From the IMG/VR virus record IMGVR_UViG_3300048998_000202: 64,000 nt of DNA; one strand, 5' to 3'. A program made the translations under genes and the position numbers. Positions within the stretch are counted from its first letter, which is position 1; every line of letters starts with the position of its first letter. Positions 9,308-17,490 of the stretch are shown piece by piece. Below the pieces are notes generated by a model. That model saw nothing but the letters and a program-made list of their open reading frames with translations, searched no databases and was not told where the DNA came from. The stretch is from a virus. Taxonomy: Duplodnaviria > Caudoviricetes.

Positions 9308-10219
9308 CTACTTGCTGCGGTTAGAGTTGCGGGGGTTCTTGGCCCACTCGCGGTCCTGCTTGCGGATCTTGGCCTGAGCCTTCTTCTCGTGGACCTGGAA
9401 GGTCTCCTCGAAGGTCTGGCCCTTCTTGGCGGCGATCGAGCGGATCAGGCACCAGGCGTGTCGGGCGATCTCCATCGTGCGCTTCTCGACGGTCCGGCCG
9501 TTTCGGAAGAGCCACTCGAACTCGGGGTTGACGGCCTGACGCTGGACGTCGATCAGGTCCACCAGGGCGTCGGTGGCGGCGATCTCAGCGGTGCGCAGGC
9601 TCCCGCAGAGGTACCAGGATTCGTTGTCCTTACCCAGGTAGAGCTGGTCGCCCTCCGGAGTGGTGATGCCCTTCTCAGCGGCGATGCGGGCCTTCTCGGC
9701 CTTCTCGGCGGCCTTGGTGTCGGCCTTGATCTTGCGGGTCGCGGCGTCGAACTCGGCGCGGATGGTCTCAGCCCACGGGAAACAGACGGTGCAGGCGTTG
9801 GGGCCGACCTCATCGGTCAGTTCCTGCTCGTCCTTGCCGGAGAACTCGATCAGCCAGCCGAAGCGGGTGACACGACCCTCACGGTTGCAGGTCTGGCAGT
9901 TCATCGAGCGGTGGATGTGACCGTCGGTGTCCTGGACCAGGAAATAGCGGCTCCAGCCACCCCGGCGGGTGTACTCCGCCTCGTAAGGCTCGGCCTGGAT
10001 GTCCAACGCGCTGAGCTTCCCCATCGCCTCGGCCAGACTCCGGTGGAGCAGAATTCCGTCAGCGGCAGTCTTGTAGCGACTCAGACGAGCACCCTCCAGG
10101 ACCTGGTCCACGGTCTCTCGAAGCTGCTCGATCTTCACCTGCGCCGCAGACTGCTCGGTCCACAGACCGGAGAGGATCGTGTCGATCTCGACCGGGGTCA
10201 TGTCCTGGATCTTCGCCAT
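9308..10219 (-). CDS. conserved actinophage-type hypothetical protein
   Basis: GWSRYFLV..GHIH..MNCQTC and CTVCFP motifs; GGAGG RBS. Confidence 0.8.
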   Translation of the reverse strand: MAKIQDMTPVEIDTILSGLWTEQSAAQVKIEQLRETVDQVLEGARLSRYKTAADGILLHRSLAEAMGKLSALDIQAEPYEAEYTRRGGWSRYFLVQDTDGHIHRSMNCQTCNREGRVTRFGWLIEFSGKDEQELTDEVGPNACTVCFPWAETIRAEFDAATRKIKADTKAAEKAEKARIAAEKGITTPEGDQLYLGKDNESWYLCGSLRTAEIAATDALVDLIDVQRQAVNPEFEWLFRNGRTVEKRTMEIARHAWCLIRSIAAKKGQTFEETFQVHEKKAQAKIRKQDREWAKNPRNSNRSK

Positions 10220-10256
10220 GGTGGCCTCCTGCGGAGTCGTCGTGCTGACAGGGTCA

Positions 10257-10286
10257 ACACTACTCCAGGAATCCTTGGAGTGTCAA
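10257..10286 (-). promoter_or_regulatory. promoter/operator copy (best consensus)
   Basis: TTGACA-CTCCAAGGATTCCTGGAG-TAGTGT. Confidence 0.85.
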
Positions 10287-10807
10287 TCCTCTATGGAGAG
10301 CACCCGGCGGACCGCCCGGACGGTCGCAGTCTTCACGAAACTCTCCGGAGTGAGATCTGCCTTCTCTGCGGCCAGGAGCAACGTGTCCCGCTCATCCGAT
10401 CGAAAGGACACCATCAACGAGAAACCCGTCCGCATGCCCTCCTGCTCGGCCACCACATACGCCAGGATCTTGGCCGGGTCCAGAGTCCAGCCCAGGGGCT
10501 GGCCTGCTCCGCAGTGACCATCGCACTCCCCTGCCGGGTGGCTCAGACATCCCACGCAGATGCATCCCCGGGAGATCGCCTCCCGGGCCTGCTCGGCCAG
10601 CGCTTGGACGGTGACCTCCTGCCCGCAGTCCTTGCACCCCACAGTGAACTTCCCCGGGTCCCAGGCGATGGAATGGGCCGGATGCTCACACGGAGGAGAC
10701 AGCGCCTTGTCGCACTGGCCCCATACCCTCGTGTGCCCAAGCTGGTTGAAGCACGTGCGGGAACAGCCCCAGTACTCCTCGGGTACAGGACCAGGACGTC
10801 GTTTCAC
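10283..10807 (-). CDS. Cys-rich hypothetical protein
   Basis: likely GTG start 10807 overlapping the TAG of the upstream ORF. Confidence 0.55.
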   Translation of the reverse strand: MKRRPGPVPEEYWGCSRTCFNQLGHTRVWGQCDKALSPPCEHPAHSIAWDPGKFTVGCKDCGQEVTVQALAEQAREAISRGCICVGCLSHPAGECDGHCGAGQPLGWTLDPAKILAYVVAEQEGMRTGFSLMVSFRSDERDTLLLAAEKADLTPESFVKTATVRAVRRVLSIED

Positions 10808-11019
10808 TAGAGCTCGTTCTCCTTGACCGCAACCTCGAACCAGATGTGGATCTCTTCGTCCCAGGATTCCACCATGGGGACGTTGTCTCAGGACTCCCCG
10901 GTGAGTTTCTTGTACTCCTCCCGGATGGCCCGGACCTCCTTTTCCACCACATCCCACGGGGACGGAGACGGAACGGAGTAGATCACCCGACGGGTGAGTT
11001 TTTCGATGCGCCTGGCCAC
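10807..11019 (-). pseudogene. small gene with in-frame TGA (10888-10890)
   Basis: GGAGG-GTG start, 43 codons, TGA, then 26 more open codons to a TAG coupled to the next gene. Confidence 0.55.
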
Positions 11020-11037
11020 TTCGTCCTCCAGATGTGC

Positions 11038-11071
11038 CGCAGGGCCGGTCCCCGAAGAGACCGGCCCTGCG
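11038..11071 (-). terminator. hairpin with cUUCGg tetraloop
   Basis: minus strand CGCAGGGCCGGTCTC-TTCG-GGGACCGGCCCTGCG. Confidence 0.75.
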
Positions 11072-11079
11072 AAGATAGA

Positions 11080-11787
11080 TCAGGCGCTGAGGGTGTCGGC
11101 CAGCTCACTGGCGGGGGACGGGAGCGTCGCGGCGACGTCGCCGGTCTCGGTGAGACGGCTGATCGTGTACACGTTGTCCTCGCTGATGACGAACTCGGTG
11201 CGGGTCTCGTGCCCACGCAGCGTCGTCACCAGGGAGTACTGGCCACCACCCTTCTCGGAGCCCAGGGTGTACATGACCCGGTCGGCCACGATGTCCTGGG
11301 TCTTGCCCTCGGTGCCCACGAAGGTGACTCGGTAGGTGTTGGCCCCCGTACGCACCTCCTCGGAAGTCGGGATGACGCCGTACTCGGCGATGGTCTCCGA
11401 AAGGAGGGAGGCGACGACATCGGCGGTGCCACTGAAGTTGGAGTGGCCATCGACGGCACCCACGAACTTCAGGCGGTCGTTCTGCTCGATGACCTCGTTC
11501 GCCTCGATGACGCGCTCGCTGCCGTCGGTGAAGACGACCTTGAACGTCTTGCTGTTGGTGCTGGGCACTTGGGGATTCTCCTCGGGTGGAGTCGGGGGCT
11601 GGGCAGCCCAATGGCGGTCAATGTGTTTGGCCCCGAGACCGGTACCGCTGACGAGCACGTAACCCTTCTCGCCAGCAGGCGGCTCGGGGAGGGTGATGGT
11701 GGTGTTGCCGAAACGAAGACCGACGCCGTGGGTCAAGGACCGCGTGGCGGCTTCTTCCAGATCCAGCGAACTCCAGAGGTCTGACAA
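11080..11787 (-). CDS. hypothetical protein with two similar beta-rich repeats
   Basis: TFKVVF..IEANEV and TYRVTF..IVADRV repeats; GGAGG RBS. Confidence 0.75.
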   Translation of the reverse strand: MSDLWSSLDLEEAATRSLTHGVGLRFGNTTITLPEPPAGEKGYVLVSGTGLGAKHIDRHWAAQPPTPPEENPQVPSTNSKTFKVVFTDGSERVIEANEVIEQNDRLKFVGAVDGHSNFSGTADVVASLLSETIAEYGVIPTSEEVRTGANTYRVTFVGTEGKTQDIVADRVMYTLGSEKGGGQYSLVTTLRGHETRTEFVISEDNVYTISRLTETGDVAATLPSPASELADTLSA

Positions 11788-11826
11788 CTCGGGCCTCCGG
11801 CCTGCCTGTAGGACTATGAGATCAGC

Positions 11827-11856
11827 AGCCTACTCGCAGAATTCTTGGTTGCTCAA
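11827..11856 (-). promoter_or_regulatory. degenerate promoter/operator copy
   Basis: TTGAGC-AACCAAGAATTCTGCGAG-TAGGCT. Confidence 0.6.
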
Positions 11857-11858
11857 GG

Positions 11859-12365
11859 TCAGAGGAAATCGACGAGCTGCTCGTCGTCATCCGGGCTCTC
11901 CCACCGGATGAAGCTGGAGCCGGTCACCTCACGGAGGATGCGGTCTTTTTCCTGGAGCATCACTTTGGGGAGGTCCACGACGAGCTTCTTGGCCGTCATC
12001 CGGTCCTCATGAACCGCCACGATCTGACCCCGCCAGGCGTGACCGGGAGCAGCCGCGACGATCGCCTCCATGAGGGCTCCCATGGCGTAGCCGAGGTAGC
12101 CCTCGCTGGTGCGGCAGGGTCGGATCCAGTACGCACGCTTCACGGTGAGGACACCATCGTCGGTCTCCTTCTCCTCACCTTCGATCACGAGGGTGAAGGG
12201 CATGTAGTTCTGGAAGATGTCCTCGGGGGAGGACATCTTCTCGGCGGCCTTGACCTGGTGGGGGTGGAGCTTGGCCACCACGGCCGCCTGCACCGCCTTG
12301 ATCTCGGCGTAGTTCAGCGGGGGCGAGATCTCGATCGCACCGTCGAAGGAGTAATAGGTGCCCAT
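11859..12365 (-). CDS. hypothetical protein (paralog of 13332-13883)
   Basis: YSFDGAIEISPPLNYAEI N-terminus. Confidence 0.75.
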   Translation of the reverse strand: MGTYYSFDGAIEISPPLNYAEIKAVQAAVVAKLHPHQVKAAEKMSSPEDIFQNYMPFTLVIEGEEKETDDGVLTVKRAYWIRPCRTSEGYLGYAMGALMEAIVAAAPGHAWRGQIVAVHEDRMTAKKLVVDLPKVMLQEKDRILREVTGSSFIRWESPDDDEQLVDFL

Positions 12366-12402
12366 GGTGGCCTCCCAGGGAGTCGTGGTCTTGACAAGGT
12401 CA

Positions 12403-12432
12403 ACGCTACTACAAGCATTCCTAGAGCGTCAA
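12403..12432 (-). promoter_or_regulatory. promoter/operator copy
   Basis: TTGACG-CTCTAGGAATGCTTGTAG-TAGCGT. Confidence 0.75.
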
Positions 12433-12794
12433 CCCGTCTTCGACGGAGACTCCCCCATGAACTGCGCGCGGGCCTCGTCCACGATCCTCGTGGGCAGCCA
12501 GCAGTTGGAGAAGGGGGAACGACTCCACTGCACCAGTCCCAGGTCTTTCGCGGCCTCGTTCTGGGCCGCCTCGACGGTCTTCTTCCGCGAGGCCGTAAGC
12601 GTCATGTTGGGGAAGCGCGGCCAGTGCGTGGAAACCGTCCTGCCGCCCTCTCCGTCCCAGTGCCACAGTTCGGCATAGGGACGGGGACCCCCGGCGAAGA
12701 AGAAGATGGCCGCAGGGGCGCTCAACCGCTCAGCGAGCTGACTTCCGCTGGTGATACCCCGGCGGATCAGCTCTTCCTGGAATACGTTGCTCAC
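12429..12794 (-). CDS. hypothetical protein
   Basis: GTG start 12794 with AGGAGG RBS. Confidence 0.7.
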   Translation of the reverse strand: MSNVFQEELIRRGITSGSQLAERLSAPAAIFFFAGGPRPYAELWHWDGEGGRTVSTHWPRFPNMTLTASRKKTVEAAQNEAAKDLGLVQWSRSPFSNCWLPTRIVDEARAQFMGESPSKTG

Positions 12795-13267
12795 AACTCC
12801 TCCTGAGAGCTCATGGCCGCCGCGATCTGGTGAGCGGCCTCCGCAGCGAACATGACCACCAGCCGAGACCGCTCGATCGCGGTAGACGTCCATACCCCGA
12901 GAGGGGTCACGCGAGTCAGATCGATCTTCTTGTCCGGCATGGCCACCGACAAGGTCATGGTCACCCCGGGCGGGGCCGAGGGCACCGGCGGCGACAGTTC
13001 GGGGCCCATGCTCACCGGGAAGATGAGCGGACCGATCTCCTCGAAGCTGACCTCGGAGTCCTCGTCGGCGGCTTCAGCGGCCACCTGCTCCGAGTGCGTT
13101 CCTCCGTACAGGTACAGCCGGGCCGTGTAGGGGCGCTTGTCCTCCCACCAGACGTCCGAGACATCCTGGCGGCTCCGGAGGTTCTCCTCCAGCGCGGCCT
13201 GCGCGAGGCGCAGGTTCATACGCGCCTGAGGGATCTCGTCGATGACGAACAGGTAGATCAGCATCAT
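12791..13267 (-). CDS. hypothetical protein
   Basis: ATG 13267 after GGAGG and promoter copy 13299-13328. Confidence 0.7.
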   Translation of the reverse strand: MMLIYLFVIDEIPQARMNLRLAQAALEENLRSRQDVSDVWWEDKRPYTARLYLYGGTHSEQVAAEAADEDSEVSFEEIGPLIFPVSMGPELSPPVPSAPPGVTMTLSVAMPDKKIDLTRVTPLGVWTSTAIERSRLVVMFAAEAAHQIAAAMSSQEEL

Positions 13268-13298
13268 GCCCTCCGGTGGAGTCGAGTTGACCCTGTCA

Positions 13299-13328
13299 AG
13301 GATACCCCAGGAATCCTTGGAGGGGTAG
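13299..13328 (-). promoter_or_regulatory. promoter/operator copy (weak -35)
   Basis: CTACCC-CTCCAAGGATTCCTGGGG-TATCCT. Confidence 0.6.
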
Positions 13329-13331
13329 ACG

Positions 13332-13883
13332 CTACTCGTCCTCGTCGTCCTCATCCACCTCGGTCGTGGCATCCAGGGGTTTGAAGACCGGCTCCCGGAC
13401 CACCGACACCTCGTTGTCGATGACGAAGATCTTCCAGGTGTCCCCCACCATGGCCTCACTGCTCAGGATGCCGTTGACGAAGTGGTCGAAGGAGAAGTAG
13501 CGCAGCAGGTCCTCGTCGGACATCTCGTCCAGGTCGAAGTTCCGCTCGCGGATGTCGAACTCGGCATCGGGCTTCAGCAGATGATCGACGATGTACACGA
13601 TCCACTTGTCCAGATCCGGGCCGCTGTCGCCGTTACCGTTCCACTCCAGGTTCTTGCCGTCTTCGGAGATCTTCAGATCGCAGTGCAGGTTCGGCTGGCC
13701 CTCAGGCGGATCGGTGTAGGAAATGACGTCCTCGTGGCCTGCTCCGAGAGTCCGGGAATCCAGCGGACCGCCCCGGGTCTGTATTCGACGGCTGCCGAAG
13801 AAGGCCGTGAGGGCCCGTATCTCTCGCTTGTTCAGCGGGGGCTCGATCATGAGCTGGCCCTCGTATCGGGTGGTACACGTCAT
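13332..13883 (-). CDS. hypothetical protein (paralog of 11859-12365)
   Basis: YEGQLMIEPPLNKREI; PPEGQP...W motifs. Confidence 0.8.
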   Translation of the reverse strand: MTCTTRYEGQLMIEPPLNKREIRALTAFFGSRRIQTRGGPLDSRTLGAGHEDVISYTDPPEGQPNLHCDLKISEDGKNLEWNGNGDSGPDLDKWIVYIVDHLLKPDAEFDIRERNFDLDEMSDEDLLRYFSFDHFVNGILSSEAMVGDTWKIFVIDNEVSVVREPVFKPLDATTEVDEDDEDE

Positions 13884-13903
13884 TCGGTTCTCCCATACTC
13901 AAA

Positions 13904-13928
13904 GGCGGGGGCCGTAGTGGCCCCCGCC
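13904..13928. terminator. hairpin terminator
   Basis: GGCGGGGGCC-GTAGT-GGCCCCCGCC. Confidence 0.65.
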
Positions 13929-13942
13929 AAGTCGTGTAAGTA

Positions 13943-14533
13943 CTACATCCCGACGACGGACCGCAGCAACGCGCGGAAGTCGCCCTGGGTGAACTTCTTG
14001 TGCTCGTTGACGACCGCCAGGGTCCAGAACTGCGGACCGCGTACGGCCTTGGCGACGACGATCAGGTTGCCGGTGCCCAGCAGCGACGGCCGGATGGTGG
14101 CCACTACCTGCGAGGCGCCGCCCGTGCTGTCGTAGACGGAGACCATGACGTTCTTGGCCTTGGAGAAGTCGGTCTTCTTCTTGAAGGCCGCGACGGTGAA
14201 CAGGATCGAGTCGATCTCCGGCGGCACCTTCGCGAAGTCCACGGTGATCGTCTCGTCGTCGCCCGCCGACTTGCCAGTGTGCTCGTCGCCCGTGGAGACG
14301 ACGGCGCCACCCACCGGGTCCTCGTTGTCCAGGCCGACGTAGATCACCGGCTCGGGACCCTGCATGAGGATCGCGATGTTGTCCAGGTCGGTGCCCATAC
14401 GCTGCTTGAGGCCGCCCAGGACACGGCCGGAGCCGCCCGTACTGGTGTCCCAGGCCGCACCGATGGCGAGGTGGGTGACACCGGCCAGGTCGGCGGCGCC
14501 CATGTCCTTGGTGAGCATGATCGGGGTACTCAA
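13943..14533 (-). CDS. terD: TerD-family stress protein
   Basis: IGAAWD, DLD, STGDEHTGKSAGDDETITVDFAKVP..IDSILFTV motifs. Confidence 0.85.
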   Translation of the reverse strand: MSTPIMLTKDMGAADLAGVTHLAIGAAWDTSTGGSGRVLGGLKQRMGTDLDNIAILMQGPEPVIYVGLDNEDPVGGAVVSTGDEHTGKSAGDDETITVDFAKVPPEIDSILFTVAAFKKKTDFSKAKNVMVSVYDSTGGASQVVATIRPSLLGTGNLIVVAKAVRGPQFWTLAVVNEHKKFTQGDFRALLRSVVGM

Positions 14534-14576
14534 TGTGACCTCCAGGGGTCGGTTGTGAGCAGGGATTCTGGCGGGA

Positions 14577-14604
14577 TCGGGCGGGGCCCGGAAGCCCCGC
14601 CCGA
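14577..14604. terminator. hairpin terminator
   Basis: TCGGGCGGGG-N8-CCCCGCCCGA. Confidence 0.6.
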
Positions 14605-14608
14605 TAGG

Positions 14609-15316
14609 TCAGTACGGCCAGCCGTTGTTGTCCGCACACGTCGGCCCATAACCCAGGTCCTTGGAGTGGTCCTTGGTCAGGTGCCTGCCACAGCTACAGC
14701 AGCACTTGTAGAGGTCGCCAAACTGCTTGGCGTCCTCCGCCGTCATCCGGCAGTCCTGAGTCAGGCGCCCGAAGGGCCGCTGGCCCGCGTAGAAAAACTT
14801 GTGGGTCTCGGGGTTGAACTGCTTGGCGTAGCGGCGGTCGGTCTCTTTGGCGGTGACGACCAGGAAGATGTCGTCGCCGACCTTGTAGGGGCCTTCCTCG
14901 GGAATGTAGGAGGGCTCCGGACGGCTCCGGGCCGAGGGGGTCTGGTCGGCCAGCGAGATCATCGCCTCCAGCAGATCACCGGCATTGTGTCGCGTGATCT
15001 CGTCGCCGTTGCAGACCTGATCCACCAGCAGGCGATGCTGCGGGGAGAGCAACTCCAGACTGATCTTCCGGCGCAGATTCCTGATGTAGCGAGCCTGGGC
15101 CGGGGAGATCGGAAGGACCGCGATCGGAGCAGGGCCCGGAGTCGACCTGGGCGCCGGGACTTTCGCGGCGGGTATGGCAGTCCTCTGCATGCCCAGGCGG
15201 TCGGCATACTCGTGGGCCACCTGGCAGCAGTGCCGGTCGTGTTCGGTAGCGGTGGAGTGGGCCTGGACGGTCCGCTCCATCATCCGGCGGGTGAAGCTCT
15301 GCAACTGCTGCGCCAT
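14609..15316 (-). CDS. DUF6011-like zinc-finger protein
   Basis: C-terminal CCSCGRHLT..S...GYGPTC; ATG 15316 after GGAGG. Confidence 0.75.
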   Translation of the reverse strand: MAQQLQSFTRRMMERTVQAHSTATEHDRHCCQVAHEYADRLGMQRTAIPAAKVPAPRSTPGPAPIAVLPISPAQARYIRNLRRKISLELLSPQHRLLVDQVCNGDEITRHNAGDLLEAMISLADQTPSARSRPEPSYIPEEGPYKVGDDIFLVVTAKETDRRYAKQFNPETHKFFYAGQRPFGRLTQDCRMTAEDAKQFGDLYKCCCSCGRHLTKDHSKDLGYGPTCADNNGWPY

Positions 15317-15354
15317 GATGGCCTCCAGTGGAGTCGGTTGTGGTGACATGGGAG

Positions 15355-15384
15355 ACGTTACTCCAAGGATTCTTGGAGCGCTAC
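15355..15384 (-). promoter_or_regulatory. promoter/operator copy
   Basis: GTAGCG-CTCCAAGAATCCTTGGAG-TAACGT. Confidence 0.65.
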
Positions 15385-15412
15385 CCCTCTCTGGCAGGAT
15401 TTTAAAAAGTGC

Positions 15413-15766
15413 TCAGTAGCCGTACCAGTCGGACGGCGGGTAGTCCCGGTTCCCTTCCAACCAGCCCATACGGGCCTGCTCACGCAGGTGCTGCTGGTGC
15501 TGCTGGTTCAACCACTGCTGCTGGACCTGCTGGTTGTACTGCCACTGCTGGGGGTTCCACGGCGGTTGGTCGTCCTGGAAGAACGAGAACGTCATGTCGC
15601 GCGGCGAGTGATGCGGCGTCCACACCCACATGCCGATGATGAAGAACAGGAACCCTCCCGCCAGCAGTCCGAAGATCACGCGGTTCCCCGGCGTGGAGCC
15701 GGTGAACAGGCCGTGTCCGAAGAGCCAGCCGATGGGGACACCCGCGAACGGGATGAAGTGCTTCAT
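15413..15766 (-). CDS. membrane protein with Gln-rich tail
   Basis: two hydrophobic segments followed by a Q/W-rich region. Confidence 0.75.
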   Translation of the reverse strand: MKHFIPFAGVPIGWLFGHGLFTGSTPGNRVIFGLLAGGFLFFIIGMWVWTPHHSPRDMTFSFFQDDQPPWNPQQWQYNQQVQQQWLNQQHQQHLREQARMGWLEGNRDYPPSDWYGY

Positions 15767-15783
15767 GACGATCTTCTCCAGGT

Positions 15784-16266
15784 CTAGGTCGAACCCCCGA
15801 AGGCCGTGTCCAGCAACGCGGACAGGTCCTCCACGGGGAGTGTGACGGCGAGTCCGTCCTGTGAGACCTGGTAGGCCGTCATCGGTCCGGGCTTGTAGGT
15901 GGGGTATCCCCTTAGATTGCGACGCACGAGCGCCATGAGCCTGTTGGCATACACCCGCCGGGCTTCGTTGTCGGTCAGGACGCGTTCACGTTCCGCCCAG
16001 GGCCCGGTGAGTTTGCGGGGATCCACCACCGCCCTCTCCCGGTTTTCCTCCGGCGTGCCGTCGGTGAGGACGTACGCCTTCAGTGCCAGGTTCGCGCGGT
16101 AGGAGACGTCCCCACGCCCCGGCATGTGCCGGGTACCCGTGGTTCCGTCCTCGGCCCACTGGCCGAGATGGTCGATCCGCCATCCAGGCGACAGGTCTAC
16201 GATCTCGAAGCACCTGTCACCAGGACCCGCGTACCGCTCTCCTACGATCAGGTCACTACGCTTCAT
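15784..16266 (-). CDS. hypothetical protein
   Basis: MKRSDLIVGERYA start, GGAG RBS. Confidence 0.75.
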   Translation of the reverse strand: MKRSDLIVGERYAGPGDRCFEIVDLSPGWRIDHLGQWAEDGTTGTRHMPGRGDVSYRANLALKAYVLTDGTPEENRERAVVDPRKLTGPWAERERVLTDNEARRVYANRLMALVRRNLRGYPTYKPGPMTAYQVSQDGLAVTLPVEDLSALLDTAFGGST

Positions 16267-16297
16267 GCTCTCTCCCAAGGGGCTTGACCTGGGCAAA

Positions 16298-16327
16298 AGG
16301 TTACCCCAAGAATCCTTGGTACTACAA
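16298..16327 (-). promoter_or_regulatory. promoter/operator copy
   Basis: TTGTAG-TACCAAGGATTCTTGGGG-TAACCT. Confidence 0.65.
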
Positions 16328-16370
16328 GTGGTGCAAGCCCCGACAGCGGGCCGGGGCCTGCACCCGCAGG

Positions 16371-17411
16371 TCAGCTCAGGAAGCTTCGGACCGTCTCATC
16401 GATCTTGCCAACGGCCTGAACCGGAGTCGAACCTTCCAGGATCTTCTGGATCTCGACCAGGAGCACCATGAACTGCTGAGTCAGCATCTCGACCTCAGCA
16501 CGGTTCTTGTCGGCGCTCTCGTCTTGAGCGTCCTTCACGCGTTTGTCGGCGGAGTCCTGGGCTTCAAGGAACCGCTTGTCGGCGGCGCTACGGTCCTGCT
16601 CGGACTGCTTGGCCGCCTTCTTCAGCAAGTCTTCGGTCTCGGCCAGCTTGGTCCGCAGGGCCTCCACCTCGGCCTCCTTGGCGACCAGCTCCGTAGAGCC
16701 CCCTCCGCCGAGGGCGTCGCTCACAGCGACCCGCAGCATGTCCATGGCGGTGTCAACGTCAGCGGGCAGTTGCACGCGGTTGGTCTCCTGGAAGGGGTTG
16801 TTTCCCGGGTACATCTGGTGACGCATCCCCCGGTGGGCGGCCAGCCCCTGAGGGGCCTTGAAGGTGTTGCGCTCTTCGTGCTGCCAGCACTCGATGCAGT
16901 AGTACATTCCGTCACCAAGGAGGAACTTGGTGTTGTCCCGGGTGCCGAGCAGCGTCGGGTCGAAGGGGGGAATGTAGACCGGGATAGCAACAGTCGTCTT
17001 GGGCATGGTGGGGTTCTCCTCGGGCTTCGTCATCCCCTGCTGGATCGCAGCGGCGGCCTTCTGGCGGGCGGCCTCTATCTGCCGCTGCTTGGCCTGCTGC
17101 TCCTTCTCGTACGCCTTGCGCTGAGAGTTGAGCCGATCAGCCTCTTGCTGGCTCTGCTCGGCGACCTCTTGATGGAGGCGATCGGTCTGGTCCGGCGTAC
17201 GGGCAGGGCCCTGACCGACGAGGTTGTACCGGCGGCAGTTGCTCCGGAAAACCTTCATCGACTCATCGTTCGGGCCGTGTCCGATGGTGAGATTCACACC
17301 GTCAGGAGGGGTGATGACCACCTTTTTGTTGCGATTGGAGACCTTCCAACCGGCGGCCCCGGCCAGTTCCATGGCCGTGGTCACCTCTTCGGGGATCGAT
17401 TTATTGCCCAT
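16371..17411 (-). CDS. HicA-like N-domain + C2H2 zinc finger + coiled-coil protein
   Basis: AGWKVS..KKVVITPPDG..LTIGHGP; CIEC...F...QGLAAHRGMRH; long heptad region. Confidence 0.65.
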   Translation of the reverse strand: MGNKSIPEEVTTAMELAGAAGWKVSNRNKKVVITPPDGVNLTIGHGPNDESMKVFRSNCRRYNLVGQGPARTPDQTDRLHQEVAEQSQQEADRLNSQRKAYEKEQQAKQRQIEAARQKAAAAIQQGMTKPEENPTMPKTTVAIPVYIPPFDPTLLGTRDNTKFLLGDGMYYCIECWQHEERNTFKAPQGLAAHRGMRHQMYPGNNPFQETNRVQLPADVDTAMDMLRVAVSDALGGGGSTELVAKEAEVEALRTKLAETEDLLKKAAKQSEQDRSAADKRFLEAQDSADKRVKDAQDESADKNRAEVEMLTQQFMVLLVEIQKILEGSTPVQAVGKIDETVRSFLS

Positions 17412-17451
17412 CCGTGAACTCCTCGGATCAGGTTTCTCTCTGGCATGAGAA

Positions 17452-17480
17452 AAACTACTACCAAGGATTCCTGGAGTCAA
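17452..17480 (-). promoter_or_regulatory. promoter/operator copy
   Basis: TTGACT-CCAGGAATCCTTGGTAG-TAGTTT. Confidence 0.75.
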
Positions 17481-17490
17481 CCCCGAACGA

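Noticed and set aside
15480-15552. CAG-rich tract as a DNA repeat element
   Set aside because: Explained by the Gln-rich coding tail of the membrane protein
614-17480. Repeated ~30-65 bp elements read as a CRISPR array or attC-like cassette sites
   Set aside because: Irregular kb-scale spacing and -35/-10 architecture fit promoters; no cas or integrase. The Cas4-like gene is a stand-alone phage nuclease
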